This document shows positions 12,259 to 28,936 of a stretch of DNA of 64,000 nucleotides, piece after piece; the first letter of the stretch is position 1, and the number at the start of each line of letters is the position of its first letter. A model generated the notes under the pieces. The model was given only the letters and a program-made list of their open reading frames with translations. It was not told the DNA's origin and searched no databases. The stretch spans positions 12,028,001 through 12,092,000 of the forward strand of contig CP075492.1 in the NCBI GenBank assembly GCA_021613535.1. The letters are read 5' to 3'. The position numbers and the translations under genes were made by a program. The DNA comes from Adineta vaga (taxonomy: Eukaryota > Animalia > Rotifera).

Positions 12259-13146
12259 TTATTTATATTTCATTGCTTCGATAATAAATAAAATTGATGC
12301 GGCATATATTTGATTTGTATTGCATGCTTCCATATATCGTTTTTGGAAATCTTGACTTTCTTCGTCAGTTAAAACACCTTTAGACACTAACATTTCTCCC
12401 ATACCTTTCAATTTAATCCAATCTTTATCTTGACTTGCTAGAAATTGACCTGTCTGTAGAAAAGCTGTTGGATTGGAACCTTTTATTTCGAAACCCATGT
12501 TTGGTAAAAGAAATTGTAGACGAATACCAGTTCCACCATCTCTTCGATTCGGTAAAACAGTATCATATGTTTTAATCAAAGTTTCATCCGAACTATAAAG
12601 ATTTCCACCACCACCTTCCAATGTAATTAATCGACCATTTACTTTCAATACTCGATGTATTTCTACTAAAGCTTTCGAAAGATCAACATGTTGAAGTGTA
12701 ATATCGGATCGAACGATATCGAATGTATTATCATTAAATTCCATTTGAAGAATATCACCACGTACAATCTGAATAGTTACTTTCGATGATAGATGATCTT
12801 TTTCTTTATTATATAATGTTTTTGCTTCTTCAATTAATGTCGAATTTTGATCAAGACCTGTAATAGATACAGTTTTACCTAGTCGAGTAGCTTCTTTGCC
12901 TACGAACATTAAATCAATTCCTAAACCACAGCCAATATCAAGAATTTTGATTTCGTCCGTATTTTCAAATTGATCCAGTTTCATTATTTGTATAACACGT
13001 TGTTTAGCTTCAACCCATTCAGGTGATAAACGTTGTCGAGATAAATGTTCGACAAGATCTAATTTTAATCCAGATGGTAAAAGATTTTTATCATCTTTCC
13101 AAACATTACTAAAATCTTCAGTAGAGAGTTTTTTATTTTCTGTCAT
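12259..13146 (-). CDS. Class I SAM-dependent methyltransferase (UbiE/Methyltransf_11-like), intronless, bacterial-type
   Basis: ILDIGCGLG (motif I), ITGLD, VRGDILQMEFNDNTFDIV, LQHV…EIHRVLKVNGRL. Confidence 0.9.
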   Translation of the reverse strand: MTENKKLSTEDFSNVWKDDKNLLPSGLKLDLVEHLSRQRLSPEWVEAKQRVIQIMKLDQFENTDEIKILDIGCGLGIDLMFVGKEATRLGKTVSITGLDQNSTLIEEAKTLYNKEKDHLSSKVTIQIVRGDILQMEFNDNTFDIVRSDITLQHVDLSKALVEIHRVLKVNGRLITLEGGGGNLYSSDETLIKTYDTVLPNRRDGGTGIRLQFLLPNMGFEIKGSNPTAFLQTGQFLASQDKDWIKLKGMGEMLVSKGVLTDEESQDFQKRYMEACNTNQIYAASILFIIEAMKYK

Positions 13147-13691
13147 TATATTTTACATAAAAACAATGACAATGTCATTGGTTTAAATCCTATTATAAGC
13201 AGACAAATATTTGCTTATTGATATAGCAGGATGAATAACAACATTTACGTCAAAAGATGAGCATTATGATCACATCAAGAAAACAATATTAGGTCAAATT
13301 TTTTTTGCCCATAACCTTTGTTTTATGATAAAGGCCAACAAGTAGAGATTAAGTTCGAAATTCTAGACAGTAATTATCTAATTGAAAGGTATATTTAGAA
13401 ACCAAAAATAAAGTTATTAGATGTAGAAAGAAAATTAATAATGAGAGATTCGATTATATCATCTCATTTACTCATCTCTAGAGATTGTTATTTGCAGTGC
13501 TAGGATTGGATGAGATGAGACTAACTAATAATAGTAAATGTTATTTATTATACTATTGATTTACCGACTCTTTAATAGCAGACTTTGCATGTCTTCGAAT
13601 AAATTCGCATGTCATTTAATAGATGCTTGAGTTTGAGCGCTAAACAATATTGAGATTTGATAAATTCTTTGATGGATGAATTAATGAATGA

Positions 13692-14105
13692 ATGAATGAT
13701 AATTCAGTCAAACCGATTTCAATTACAGATGACTGGTTCATTACACAATCATTCATTTTTCCTGAATATTTTTCTTCTTCAGTTAACCTTTCTGAAGAAT
13801 TGATTCATTGTGTACAGTTTGAACAAGAAGAATATGATAGGTTAGTACAGAAATATCAACAAACGATTGAATTGTTAAATCAACGTGAACAAGAAATGTC
13901 GGAAAGACTAATTATTTTAAGAGAATTCTATGAAAAATTAATGAAAATTAATCAAACCAATTCCATGAAAGATCTTTTGAATAGTTCAATGTGGAATCAT
14001 CTCCATAAAATGACCGATGATTTAGAAACTTTATGTTCGAAAATGATTCATACAAATAATCAAGAGAATTTATTCATATTTACTAACAATATCTTAAATA
14101 AATGA
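13692..14105 (+). CDS. Small hypothetical coiled-coil protein
   Basis: 137-aa ORF with an E/Q/K/L heptad-like central region. No recognisable family. Confidence 0.4.
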   Translation: MNDNSVKPISITDDWFITQSFIFPEYFSSSVNLSEELIHCVQFEQEEYDRLVQKYQQTIELLNQREQEMSERLIILREFYEKLMKINQTNSMKDLLNSSMWNHLHKMTDDLETLCSKMIHTNNQENLFIFTNNILNK

Positions 14106-15106
14106 TTCGCTTTCTGTTCTATTCTCAAATGTACCGAACAAACTTTACTTTTTGTTCATTCCTCGAAAAAGCTCCCTTGTTTAAATCTTTCATGTTAGGA
14201 AAAAACATTTCCGATATTTTCTCAAAATCTATTTAAAATCTTATCCAAAGACATTATATATATATATTTAATCGATCTAACGGTCTTTTCTTTAATCCAC
14301 ATGAATGCATACTGTTGTTCGGTTAGAAAGCATCTTATAATATAAGAGACTTTAGTCTCATCGAAAGACATGCACTCAAATCGCTCTCTATGAAAAGAAC
14401 TGCTCTTAAATATCGAGTCACGAGAGATAATAGACTGACATAGGTTGAAAGGTATGCCGCGAAGAAGACAATTCATCAGTTTTGATATATATTTAACTCT
14501 CCGATATTATTTAGAAAAAACAATACTACAGAGAAATTAATCTATACGGTGAATGTGATATTCATTTGTCTCATAGGAAGTAAAACAAAAGTTAAACAAA
14601 ACTAATCTATTATTCTTTCATTTATTTATTTCTGTATATATTCGATGTTAAATAAGAAGATTAGAATAAATATGATTATTCATTTTGACTTCTCTTTTTT
14701 AGTCAAAAACAGGTTGATTTGAATATGATTAAATATCTATATCTCATATTAATTTCTTTGTTTGTTTGCTTTCTTTTGAAAACAAATGGATATAATAGTG
14801 AAAAGAGTTATTGATGTTTCAGCAGAAAATAATCTCTCTATATTCTTTTTTTTTCCATATCAATGAGAATCAAGCAAAAAGATATTTCATAGTTTCCTCC
14901 TCCGTCTTTTTCTATCTTTCTCTCTCTCTCTCTTATATCTTCTAAACATGGAACATCTTCTCATTTATCTATTTTTCATCTGATTAGTCAAATTAATTCC
15001 TGTTCATATTTTTGTTTTCTATTGCAACTTTTACTTTTGATCAATATTTAGATAAATCATTTCTCATTTCTCATTTTTATCCCCAAAGAGAAAACCAATA
15101 CAAGCA

Positions 15107-15646
15107 ATGTTCAAACAATTGATATTATTTCTCTCATTGATTCATTTAATGCAATGCCTTTCTACACGAAGTAACAGTAAGTCGAACATATGTCACCTAT
15201 ACACTCGGGCATTCTTCTAATCGAAAGTTGTAACATGCAATCTTTGACTTTTTCTAATGTTCTGATTTAGTTTGGTGGAGTCGACGTAATGATGAAATAC
15301 CGAAAGATTGTGACATTGAATTTACAAATGAAAATCCATCATTAGAAGCGAAAATTTGTGGTAAAAAATATGCTTTGCAAAACGTTCTCGTCGAATTATT
15401 TCTTTAGGTTATTGTTTTGCTAAATGTCAACAAAGCTTTGCTGCTTGTCTCTTGGCTCAAATGAATAACGTTGTCGATGGTTCAATAGATTTTTGCCAAG
15501 AAAAATCTTCTCAATGTGAAAAACGATGTTTTCATGACAAACGAACAAGTCGAATAGCTGAAGCAAATTGGGCAAAAGTTGTTCAAATCTTACAACAATT
15601 TCATAGTTATACACCATCCCAAGATGGTGCGAAAAAAGATCAATAG
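15107..15646 (+). CDS. Secreted 8-cysteine peptide precursor (3 exons)
   Basis: Exons 15107-15176, 15271-15360 and 15408-15646 splice in frame (GT-AG): MFKQLILFLSLIHLMQCLSTRSNIWWSRR-NDEIPKDC…KICGYCFAKCQQSFAAC…DFCQEKSSQCEKRCFHD-KR…KDQ*. Confidence 0.75.
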
Positions 15647-15825
15647 AAAACTAATATGATACAGTAAACTTTATTTTGTTCGTCTGTAAAATTTTCCTCA
15701 CTCCCTGATTAAAATAAAATAAAAAACAACAAAGCTAACATGCAAAATTCATTTTAATTGAATAACTCGATAACATATGTCGTTATAAGAAGATAAATAT
15801 AGCAGATAACATTAAAAAAAATCTT

Positions 15826-17614
15826 TCAACTGATATTCGGTTGAACTAAAACACGACTATAAACTTTTTCAATGGCTAATTTCATTGCCGATGATAGATC
15901 GGATAGATCATAAGTTGGACCCATAACTTCATCATATGGATATTTATTGATTGTTTTCTCAAGAAAATCAACTGCTTGATCCAAATGTCGAGGAGCATAA
16001 TTATGAATACCTGTGAGTGCGTATTTTTTCAAAAGAAAAGAAGCTTAGACTTTCTTTTATACTCATATTTTCTTTTACCTTTGATTGTAAGACATTTTCG
16101 TATAATCTGTTCACCAGTTATATTTAGATCAGAATGAGGATGAACCATTCCAAGAAAAAGATATAATCCGCCTGGTTTTAATAATCGAATGCCGTCATTA
16201 ACAACACTCGATACTCCACATACCTAAGATAATGTTTTATGAAGTAAATGATAACGACAAAGAAAATGAAATTTACTTCAACAACAACATCAATTTTATT
16301 TGTTTCTTCGACAAGAATTTCATCTAAACAAAAATAGAAGAAAAAGTGTACGTTGTCATATTCAATGTCTCGTAACTCATTCCATTGATAATGTAAGAAA
16401 TAGTGCATATGACTAGGACATGCTTATTTCTTCGAGCAAGAAGTTTTTGGAAGAATGAAATGTGCAAGAAGAAGAAGAACAAAACACAAAAACACCGAGC
16501 AAAACAACATGATAGCAATCGAATAAAAATTAAGATTGAATAGTACTTCGCCTGTCTGAACGAGGAGAAAAGCAAAAGAAATCATATTAATTTTATTTTG
16601 ATTAGCATCGATTATTATCACACTCAAATTTACCATTATAAAGTGGTATACCACCAAAACGATCAATGAATTCAGAACGACGAATACGTGTCCCTGAACA
16701 ATACACGATATCATATCCGAGTTCGCGAAGTGCTGCGGATGTATATAGACCTAATATCCCATCACCCTATGTAATCACACGGATAAAAACGAAATTATTA
16801 GACAATAAGAAAATCATTCCCTTTCGACTAGTCACAAAATTTTCAAGGTTTCTTCATTGTATTCTACTTAATTCAACATACTTGAACAAAAGCTCGTCCA
16901 TTTTTAACTTTTGGTACATATTCCATTGCACACATTGTTGTAGCTAGTGAACAATTGATTGGTGCTGCACATCGATCGGATATAATATCCGGTATTTTCA
17001 CCACATGTGTACCACGTCGAAGAATAATATATGATGCATAACAACCATTAAAACCTGATCCATCACTTAATTTTGCATGTCCATACTAAATAATTTGCAA
17101 AAGAAAATTAAATCACAAGAAATATTTAAAAATTCACCTTACTTTAAATAATTTAGTACATTTTTGATTCAATCCTTTTAAACAAAATTCACATTTATTA
17201 CAACAATCTGCAACTGAAAATGTTAAACGATCGCCTTCAGACAAATCACTTTCAGGTCGCCGATGATTTACAACTTCAACAACAGCTTCATGGCCCAAGA
17301 CGCTTCAATTAAAATACATTAAAACAATAATGTATTCAACCTGAAAAACAAATAATTACCTTGGTGTTGGTTCAATTCGTTGACCTGTAATTGTATGGAC
17401 ATCACTCATACATATTGAGGCAAGCCGAACCTATATATTTTCTTTTATCAGATAAGACAAATTACTCGAGATATAGATTTACTTTCACAAGTATTTCTCC
17501 AGGGGCCAATTCTGGTAATGGTACTATTTCAGCTGTAAATATTTCTGAAGAATTGGTACCATTAAAAATCGTACGTGCACCTAAGATAGGAATTGTATCT
17601 TGATCGCGTATCAT
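15826..17614 (-). CDS. Zinc-dependent medium-chain alcohol dehydrogenase, HpnZ-like (phosphonate-catabolism-associated type), 8 exons
   Basis: VRLASICMSDVHT, LGHE, CCNKCEFC…QKC (structural Zn), LFKYGH, APINCSLAT, QGDGILG, IKGIHNYAPRHLDQAVDFL. Confidence 0.85.
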
Positions 17615-17809
17615 TATTTCTGCATTAAGTAAGTATTACTTACAGTTACCGATCGTATAATTAATCCATGAACGTATAAAATTGACTAACGATAGAGGTC
17701 ATTATTCGAATTTATTTACGTATCAATGGTGTAGATATGAACGAATAGAAATACCAGCTTAAATATTTGATTGATTGATTGATTGATCGTTCATTTAGGC
17801 GTTGATAAT
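17615..17809. promoter_or_regulatory. Probable bidirectional promoter (zinc ADH / FAK)
   Basis: Head-to-head ATGs 195 nt apart. Contains a short (TTGA)n run. Confidence 0.5.
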
Positions 17810-21380
<3,571 letters not shown>

Positions 21381-21679
21381 TCTTTACATTCCTTCATGTA
21401 TATTATATTTCGAGAAACGAAAACAAAAAAAACATAATGTCTTTCAATGGAAATTCATCGAAGAACAGTGATCATCGAATAAAATCAAGAAAAGCTTGTT
21501 GTACATTTTTGCTAATATTTCTTTTATCTAGAATTTCTTACATTGTTATTTTCATGATATGTAGAATAAAATAAAATCGAATTCAATGAAAGTTGTTTTG
21601 CGCTCCATCAATTTCCATTAACTTTTTGGATAACATATCCTTAGCAACGAAGCAATAAAGTAATCAAACATTTTGAAGG

Positions 21680-22706
21680 ATGAATGTACATTCATTATGT
21701 AATGATATTGAACAATTTCTTCAACAAACGGATCAAAATTCGAAAAATCAATTTCTAAATTGGTTAAAATCTCGTTTTCATGTATCAACTGATCGAAAAA
21801 ATGAATGTTTACCTTTGGAAAAGATCGAAAAATCTGTAATTAATACATCACAATTATTTGTATGTCAATGTGGTCATCGTTATTCACTTCGTCTTGCTAT
21901 GACAGATGATTGTCATGAACAACCGACACATTCGACGCGATTTTATCTTTGTACGAAATGTCAAATTCATTTACATACGCGTGAAATCTTTCTTAAACAT
22001 TATTCAATGCATCAACGTGGATATTTGTTTTGTAAAAGTTGTTCACAATTTTATAATAATGAACAAATGAAATTTCATGATTGTCAGCAACAAAAAATTG
22101 ATGAATTACAAAGTCTCGAACAATTAATTCCGCCAGATACGAATGAACAAGAACACGATTCAAATCCGATAGGTTTGATCGAATTAAAATTCTCCTATCA
22201 GAATCTATTTTAGAAATTGTTTGCAGATTTGATGAATAATCAGGATACATCCAATTCAACACGTATAGCTCATCTTGGTTTACCGAAATTAACTGATTCT
22301 ATAACTGAAATACGACAACCCGATGGTAAACGACAATTTCGTTGTCCAATTTGTTCAAATTCTTATGTAAATCGATCAGGTCTCAATCGACATTATATTA
22401 CACATAGTTCGCAAGATTTATGGAAAGTTGGTTCGTAGAAAAACTATCATTTTATATCTCAAATTTCAATTTCTTTTAGAATGTCAATATTGCGGTAAAC
22501 GTTATTCACGAAAAGATTCTTTGAAACATCATATAAAAACTCAACATGCACATATGATTTTGTCTGATAAAACGTTCTATCAACATTCGAATGAGAAATT
22601 ATTTCAATCTTATCTTAAATTATCGTCGAATTCATTTGATATTGATTCAAAATTATCAAATGAGAAAGATCAAATAGAGCATGATGATGTTGTTTTAATC
22701 AATTGA
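21680..22706 (+). CDS. C2H2 zinc-finger protein (3 exons)
   Basis: CTKC…HYSMH, CPICSNSYVNRSGLNRHYITH, CQYCGKRYSRKDSLKHHIKTQH. Introns at ~22173-22226 and ~22431-22479. Confidence 0.85.
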
Positions 22707-23367
22707 AATACAAACTTTTTTTTTCCGTCTGAAAGAAAACAAACATAACTATCTAAATAGTAATTACCTTGATAGTTCTTTATCTACAGAACTGTTAATT
22801 TGAGTGAAACTTTTATCGAGAAAATCTTTTTTCAATTCTATAAAATATGTCAAAGACCAATCGATTACACTTGAAGTGTCATCATTCGCAAGTAGTTTAT
22901 TAAGTGTTCTAACATCTAGACATAACAGTACGATGATTGTAATCTTTCCTGTAATTTCTATTTGTGTTTCAGAGACATGGATAAGTCATCTTTCTTTACT
23001 CAAGACTTCAATTTTTTTTCTTCAAATGAAAAATCTAATTGATTACCATAGTTTATATTATTAAAACAAGACATGTCTTTGTCGTTGTTATATTATAAAG
23101 TTTGTATGTTTGATTGGTAGCTACCGTGGAAACGAAACAGAATAAGAAAAATAAATATAATAAACTGTAGAAAAAAGGCACCATTCGTGACTGTAGAGGA
23201 AAGAAGAAGAAGAAGAAGGGAAAAAAATCAAATCAAAAGTAACAATAACAACACTTCATCAGATTTAAATTTTTCAATGTCAATGCTTATTTTTTTTCTT
23301 CAGGCAATCACTGAATAGTTTGTAAAAAAAAGAAAAGAAACGCCCGAGAGAAAGTTAATTAAGGACA

Positions 23368-25134
23368 ATGAGTACAGCAACTATCTTATCTATTGGTCAT
23401 CATTTAACAACAACAATGTGTTCTCAATGTAGTTCTATGGCACATTTTCAATGTATAGATCATTGTAAAGAAGTTTTCTGTGGAAAATGTAGTGTTAAAC
23501 ATCGTCTTGCCGTTACGAAACAGATGGATGATTTAACTGAAAAATTAAAACGTTGTAAAATCGATCCAATTACAACTCATGATGAAATTGATGCGAATTT
23601 TTTACGTTCATCACAACAAACAATCAAACGAACACGTGACACAGTTAATAATTTAATTGCTGAACTTCAACAACGTGAAGAAACAATAATAAAACAAATC
23701 GAATATGGTTTAGAACTTCGACGAAAAGAACGAGAAAAACGTACTGAGTAAGGCAGAACTTTGTTCAAAAAAGTAAACATAGATTTCTAATCAATTATTA
23801 ATGATTTAGTTCAGCATTATTAACAAGCGAAGAAGCTATTGATTACACTCAATTACTTAAAGAATGTCTTAAACAAGATCAATTACTTCATGATGAAACT
23901 ATGATTAATATTCAACATCGTTTAGATGCTCGAAATGCACTTGGACAATCAGCATCAGAAGCTAAAAATCCATTGGTAGAAACGGGAAAATTTGAACCAG
24001 AAAAACTACTTCATCTTCGTTATGCACCTCGAGCTGAATCTTCGCAAGGAAAAGTTCAGACAATGAATAGTACAAAAGTAACTGTTCGTTTGGGTAAATA
24101 TAAACAATTTCAGAGTCCATTACAAGGTACTTTCTCTGTTGGTAAACATCCAACAGCTGTATCATTAAATGATCGTTATGTTGAAACGTTCTTTTGTCGT
24201 CGAACACCAGGCAATAGTTTAATTTTACTTAGTACAACAGCAATTGATCTTGTTAATCGTGGTTCAGGTGTTGAATTAAGTGTTCGTCTATCAAAGATAT
24301 TAGGTACAACAAAAGATAAATTATTAGCTGGAACTTGGTGTGAATATTCTCAACGATTAATACTTGTTGGTAATCATCGAATGTATTTTTATGATTTTCA
24401 AGGACAAGAACATGCACGAAAATTTCGTTGTCAACCATCACATGGAGATCCAGGAAATACACCAAGATTTATTGATTGTGCACATAATGGTACAATATTT
24501 TATGGTAAAAAAAATTGTTCATGTTTCACATCAATGGATCTTTTTCCTTTTTCTTTAAGCTTATAAATCTGGTATGGATTCATATACAATCGAAAAACAT
24601 GTGAGTCCATTGCCATTATTAAAAGAACCTGTCGATTCTATGGATGAAAATACGCGCTATTTTTTTCAAACAAAACAAACTGCAACTATCAATGGTCGTA
24701 TGGCAGCTATGTGTGTTACACATAATCGTATTGCTATTATTTATCGTCGATTTCTTTCAGAAAAATACGTTGAACATTATCTTTGCTTTTTCGATCATAA
24801 TTTTCATCGTTTAAATGGTGAAAATGATATTCTATTACCATCTGATATTAAATGGGTTACCGCAATAACATCGTATGGAAATGATGGACAATATCTTCTT
24901 TGTGATCCTCGTGGTCAACAATTATTATTCTATCGAATAACTGAAGGCTTTCTTACACGTCGATTTCGTACCGGTGCGATTAATGCATGTTGTTTGACAG
25001 ATGGGAAACTTGTTTTATGGTTACAGAAACAATATGCAAGTTCACCAACAGGAAAACTTCATTTTATTACGGCACCACATTTAGATGAACCAGCACATGT
25101 TCCGAAATCTTTTCCATTATTGAAACAGAAATGA
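23368..25134 (+). CDS. B-box/coiled-coil protein with a probable C-terminal beta-propeller (TRIM-NHL-like), 3 exons
   Basis: CSQCSSMAHFQCIDHCKEVFCGKCSVKH B-box, coiled coil, then beta-rich repeats (YLLCDP, LLFY, NACC). Three ORF fragments join across GT-AG introns. Confidence 0.7.
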
Positions 25135-26612
25135 GTTTATACATGTATTTTTTGTATTGAAGGAAGAATGTTTCTGAATGAGAGAATGTAAAAGAACTAA
25201 AATAACCAGCAATTGTGTGTATTTTCATTGATTAAATATAATTTTCGATTTGTTTTTTAAAAAAAAAAGAAAGAAAAGATAAATGCATACTAATGAAGTT
25301 TCTTCAAACAATAATTTTCATCCCTCGATTTTGATTTGAATTAATGTGCTAAAACAGAATGAGAACTTTTGACATCCATCGAAAATAAATCTTCGAACTC
25401 ATCGTATTTTTCATTATTTATTCTTTCTAATAAAACCTTTTTCTTTTATATTCATATTGTTATTCTTATGCTTTCTCAGTACTTCACCTTTTTAGTCAGT
25501 CAAGTGTTTACTTGATTTTTAAACTAAAAAGACTGACTACATTCATACTATCTGCAAGTATGTTTCTTTAGCCTATTTTTTTCCGTAGGAAATGATTTGT
25601 ATAAAAACCGTCCTTCCTGTCCTTCCTATATGATCAATACTTTCTTTTTTCCTCTCGCCCTTCGTCGAAAAATAAAGTCTTCATACGCCTAGTAATCGAA
25701 GGCTGAATAAGATCGTCACTATCGGTTTTCGGCAGGTAGTAAACATATAGACACGGTGACGTTAACACACCTTCTTCAACACTTTCTGCATCACTGCACA
25801 TGCATTAATTTTCGACAAGCATCAATCTATTTCAATCATATCTTTATGAGAAAAAAACAATGTTTTTTTTTAAATTTTATTTCATCGATTGCATTAGAAA
25901 TCAACGAATAGTTCTCTCATTTTTCTTTCGTAAAGCATCGAAAAAGAATTATTCGGATTCTATTAAATGTACTTTTCTTCGGTACTTTATTTTTTCTCGT
26001 ACAAAAACAAGAGCAAAAAAGAAAACAAAGAGTAGAAGAACTTTTTTATATCACTATGTAAGTAGCGTACATTCATTTCTTTATTTACTAGGTAAAATTA
26101 ACATATTTCTATCTGTATAATCCTTTCGTCAGATATATATTTACGTCTTTTTATTGAGAAAATCTTTTAGGATTGGTATTCGACTTTTTGTTACTAAGAA
26201 AAGAAAAAAACCTTCATAGCAAATGTTTTTTTGTACAGAAACGAATCTGCCGGGCTATTAGTAATGCGATGATCGATTTTTTTTTCAAAAATCTAAGGTA
26301 ATGGCAAGAGGAGAAGAGAAAAAGAAAAATATATGTGTGATTGTTTGTATTATCATGATAAATCTAAAGAAGCGATTACAAAAAGGAACAAGAGATAACT
26401 ATTACGCTTGACTAGTAATTATTATTTTGTCGTTCTTAATATGATGCTTTTTTTCTGCACGAGAGGTACATATATACCTGTTCCTTTACTTCTTCTACAC
26501 TTCAGTATATATATATATATATATGTATATGTACTTGTAGAACACATTTTATTTTGTATTTACTTATACATCGTCAACGATATATACATATATATTTGGC
26601 TATTGAATCGCG

Positions 26613-27866
<1,254 letters not shown>

Positions 27867-28936
27867 ACAAATTAGAATAGCATGAACTAGTATTCTTGTT
27901 CTGTTTGTTTTTGTATAATATGTAAAGCACAACAACAATGACAAGTTTTTTTTCTATTTCTAAAATATTTTGTTGCCTGTGATATAAATTTCTATTTAAA
28001 TATCAGATTCATCTTTATGTTTGGAAGTTGTTATTATTATAATTAAAGGAAAACCTCGGGCAATTTTATTCATCTAATAGCATTGTGAGGGTATCCATCA
28101 AAAGACCTATAAACGCACGTATTCATTCGTTATTTTCACAGATGATAAATATGATCTTATCGTCTAGAATAAATTAGACTTTTGTACCTACATCGCAGTC
28201 TGAAATATGACTACTAATAATCCAAAGTTTCTTTCGTTGATTGTCATTACAGATACATAAGTAATAATATCACGGTGAGATTGTTCTATATATATATATA
28301 TATACTAATTATGAAGATGACTTAGAAATCTCATGTGACTAGATCGAATGAGAGGTAATATTTATGTAGTTGGAAAACCTACCATAAAAATTCATGTTAT
28401 ATATGAAAACTAGTACTGTGAAAGAAATGTTGTATTTGTCTAATGAATGTTTATCATTCACAATTTCTATTCGACTAATATAGAAAAATATTGACCTTTT
28501 TTCCAACAATGTCTGTCATAGTTCGTGGTAAAGCATTACTAAATTGTTGGTAATGATATATCGAGTCGATTTGTTACGGTCTGTATGGAAAGGAAGAAGG
28601 GCGGAAGGCAAGGTTTCAATTTGTCCCACCTACCTATACCTCGACACTCCTTGGAAATCGCGGTCTAAGACAAAGATAACGATCATGAACGATTCAATGA
28701 TAATTCATGGACAATTTTCCAAAATAAAATATAATACGTTGATTGAAATTGAACAGAACATAAGTATTTTAAACTTTATTCCATCGATTGTCGCTACTCT
28801 ACACAGATAGAATAAATAACAGATTTTGTATTTTTATTTCTTCTAATCATATAATAGTAAACTTTATTCTTTCGTTCTTCTACATTTTTATTTATCTTAT
28901 CTTTTATTATTTCAACAAATGTTTTAACAAACAAAA

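Noticed and set aside
13440-13522. atctc/gagat-rich quasi-palindromic patch suggesting a MITE
   Set aside because: No clean terminal inverted repeats, target-site duplication or second copy in the window.
16324-16947. Several overlapping hydrophobic ORFs and a possible 9-nt microexon
   Set aside because: They lie in introns or antisense of the zinc ADH. Direct splicing (PLYN-DEILVEE) gives a normal protein without them.
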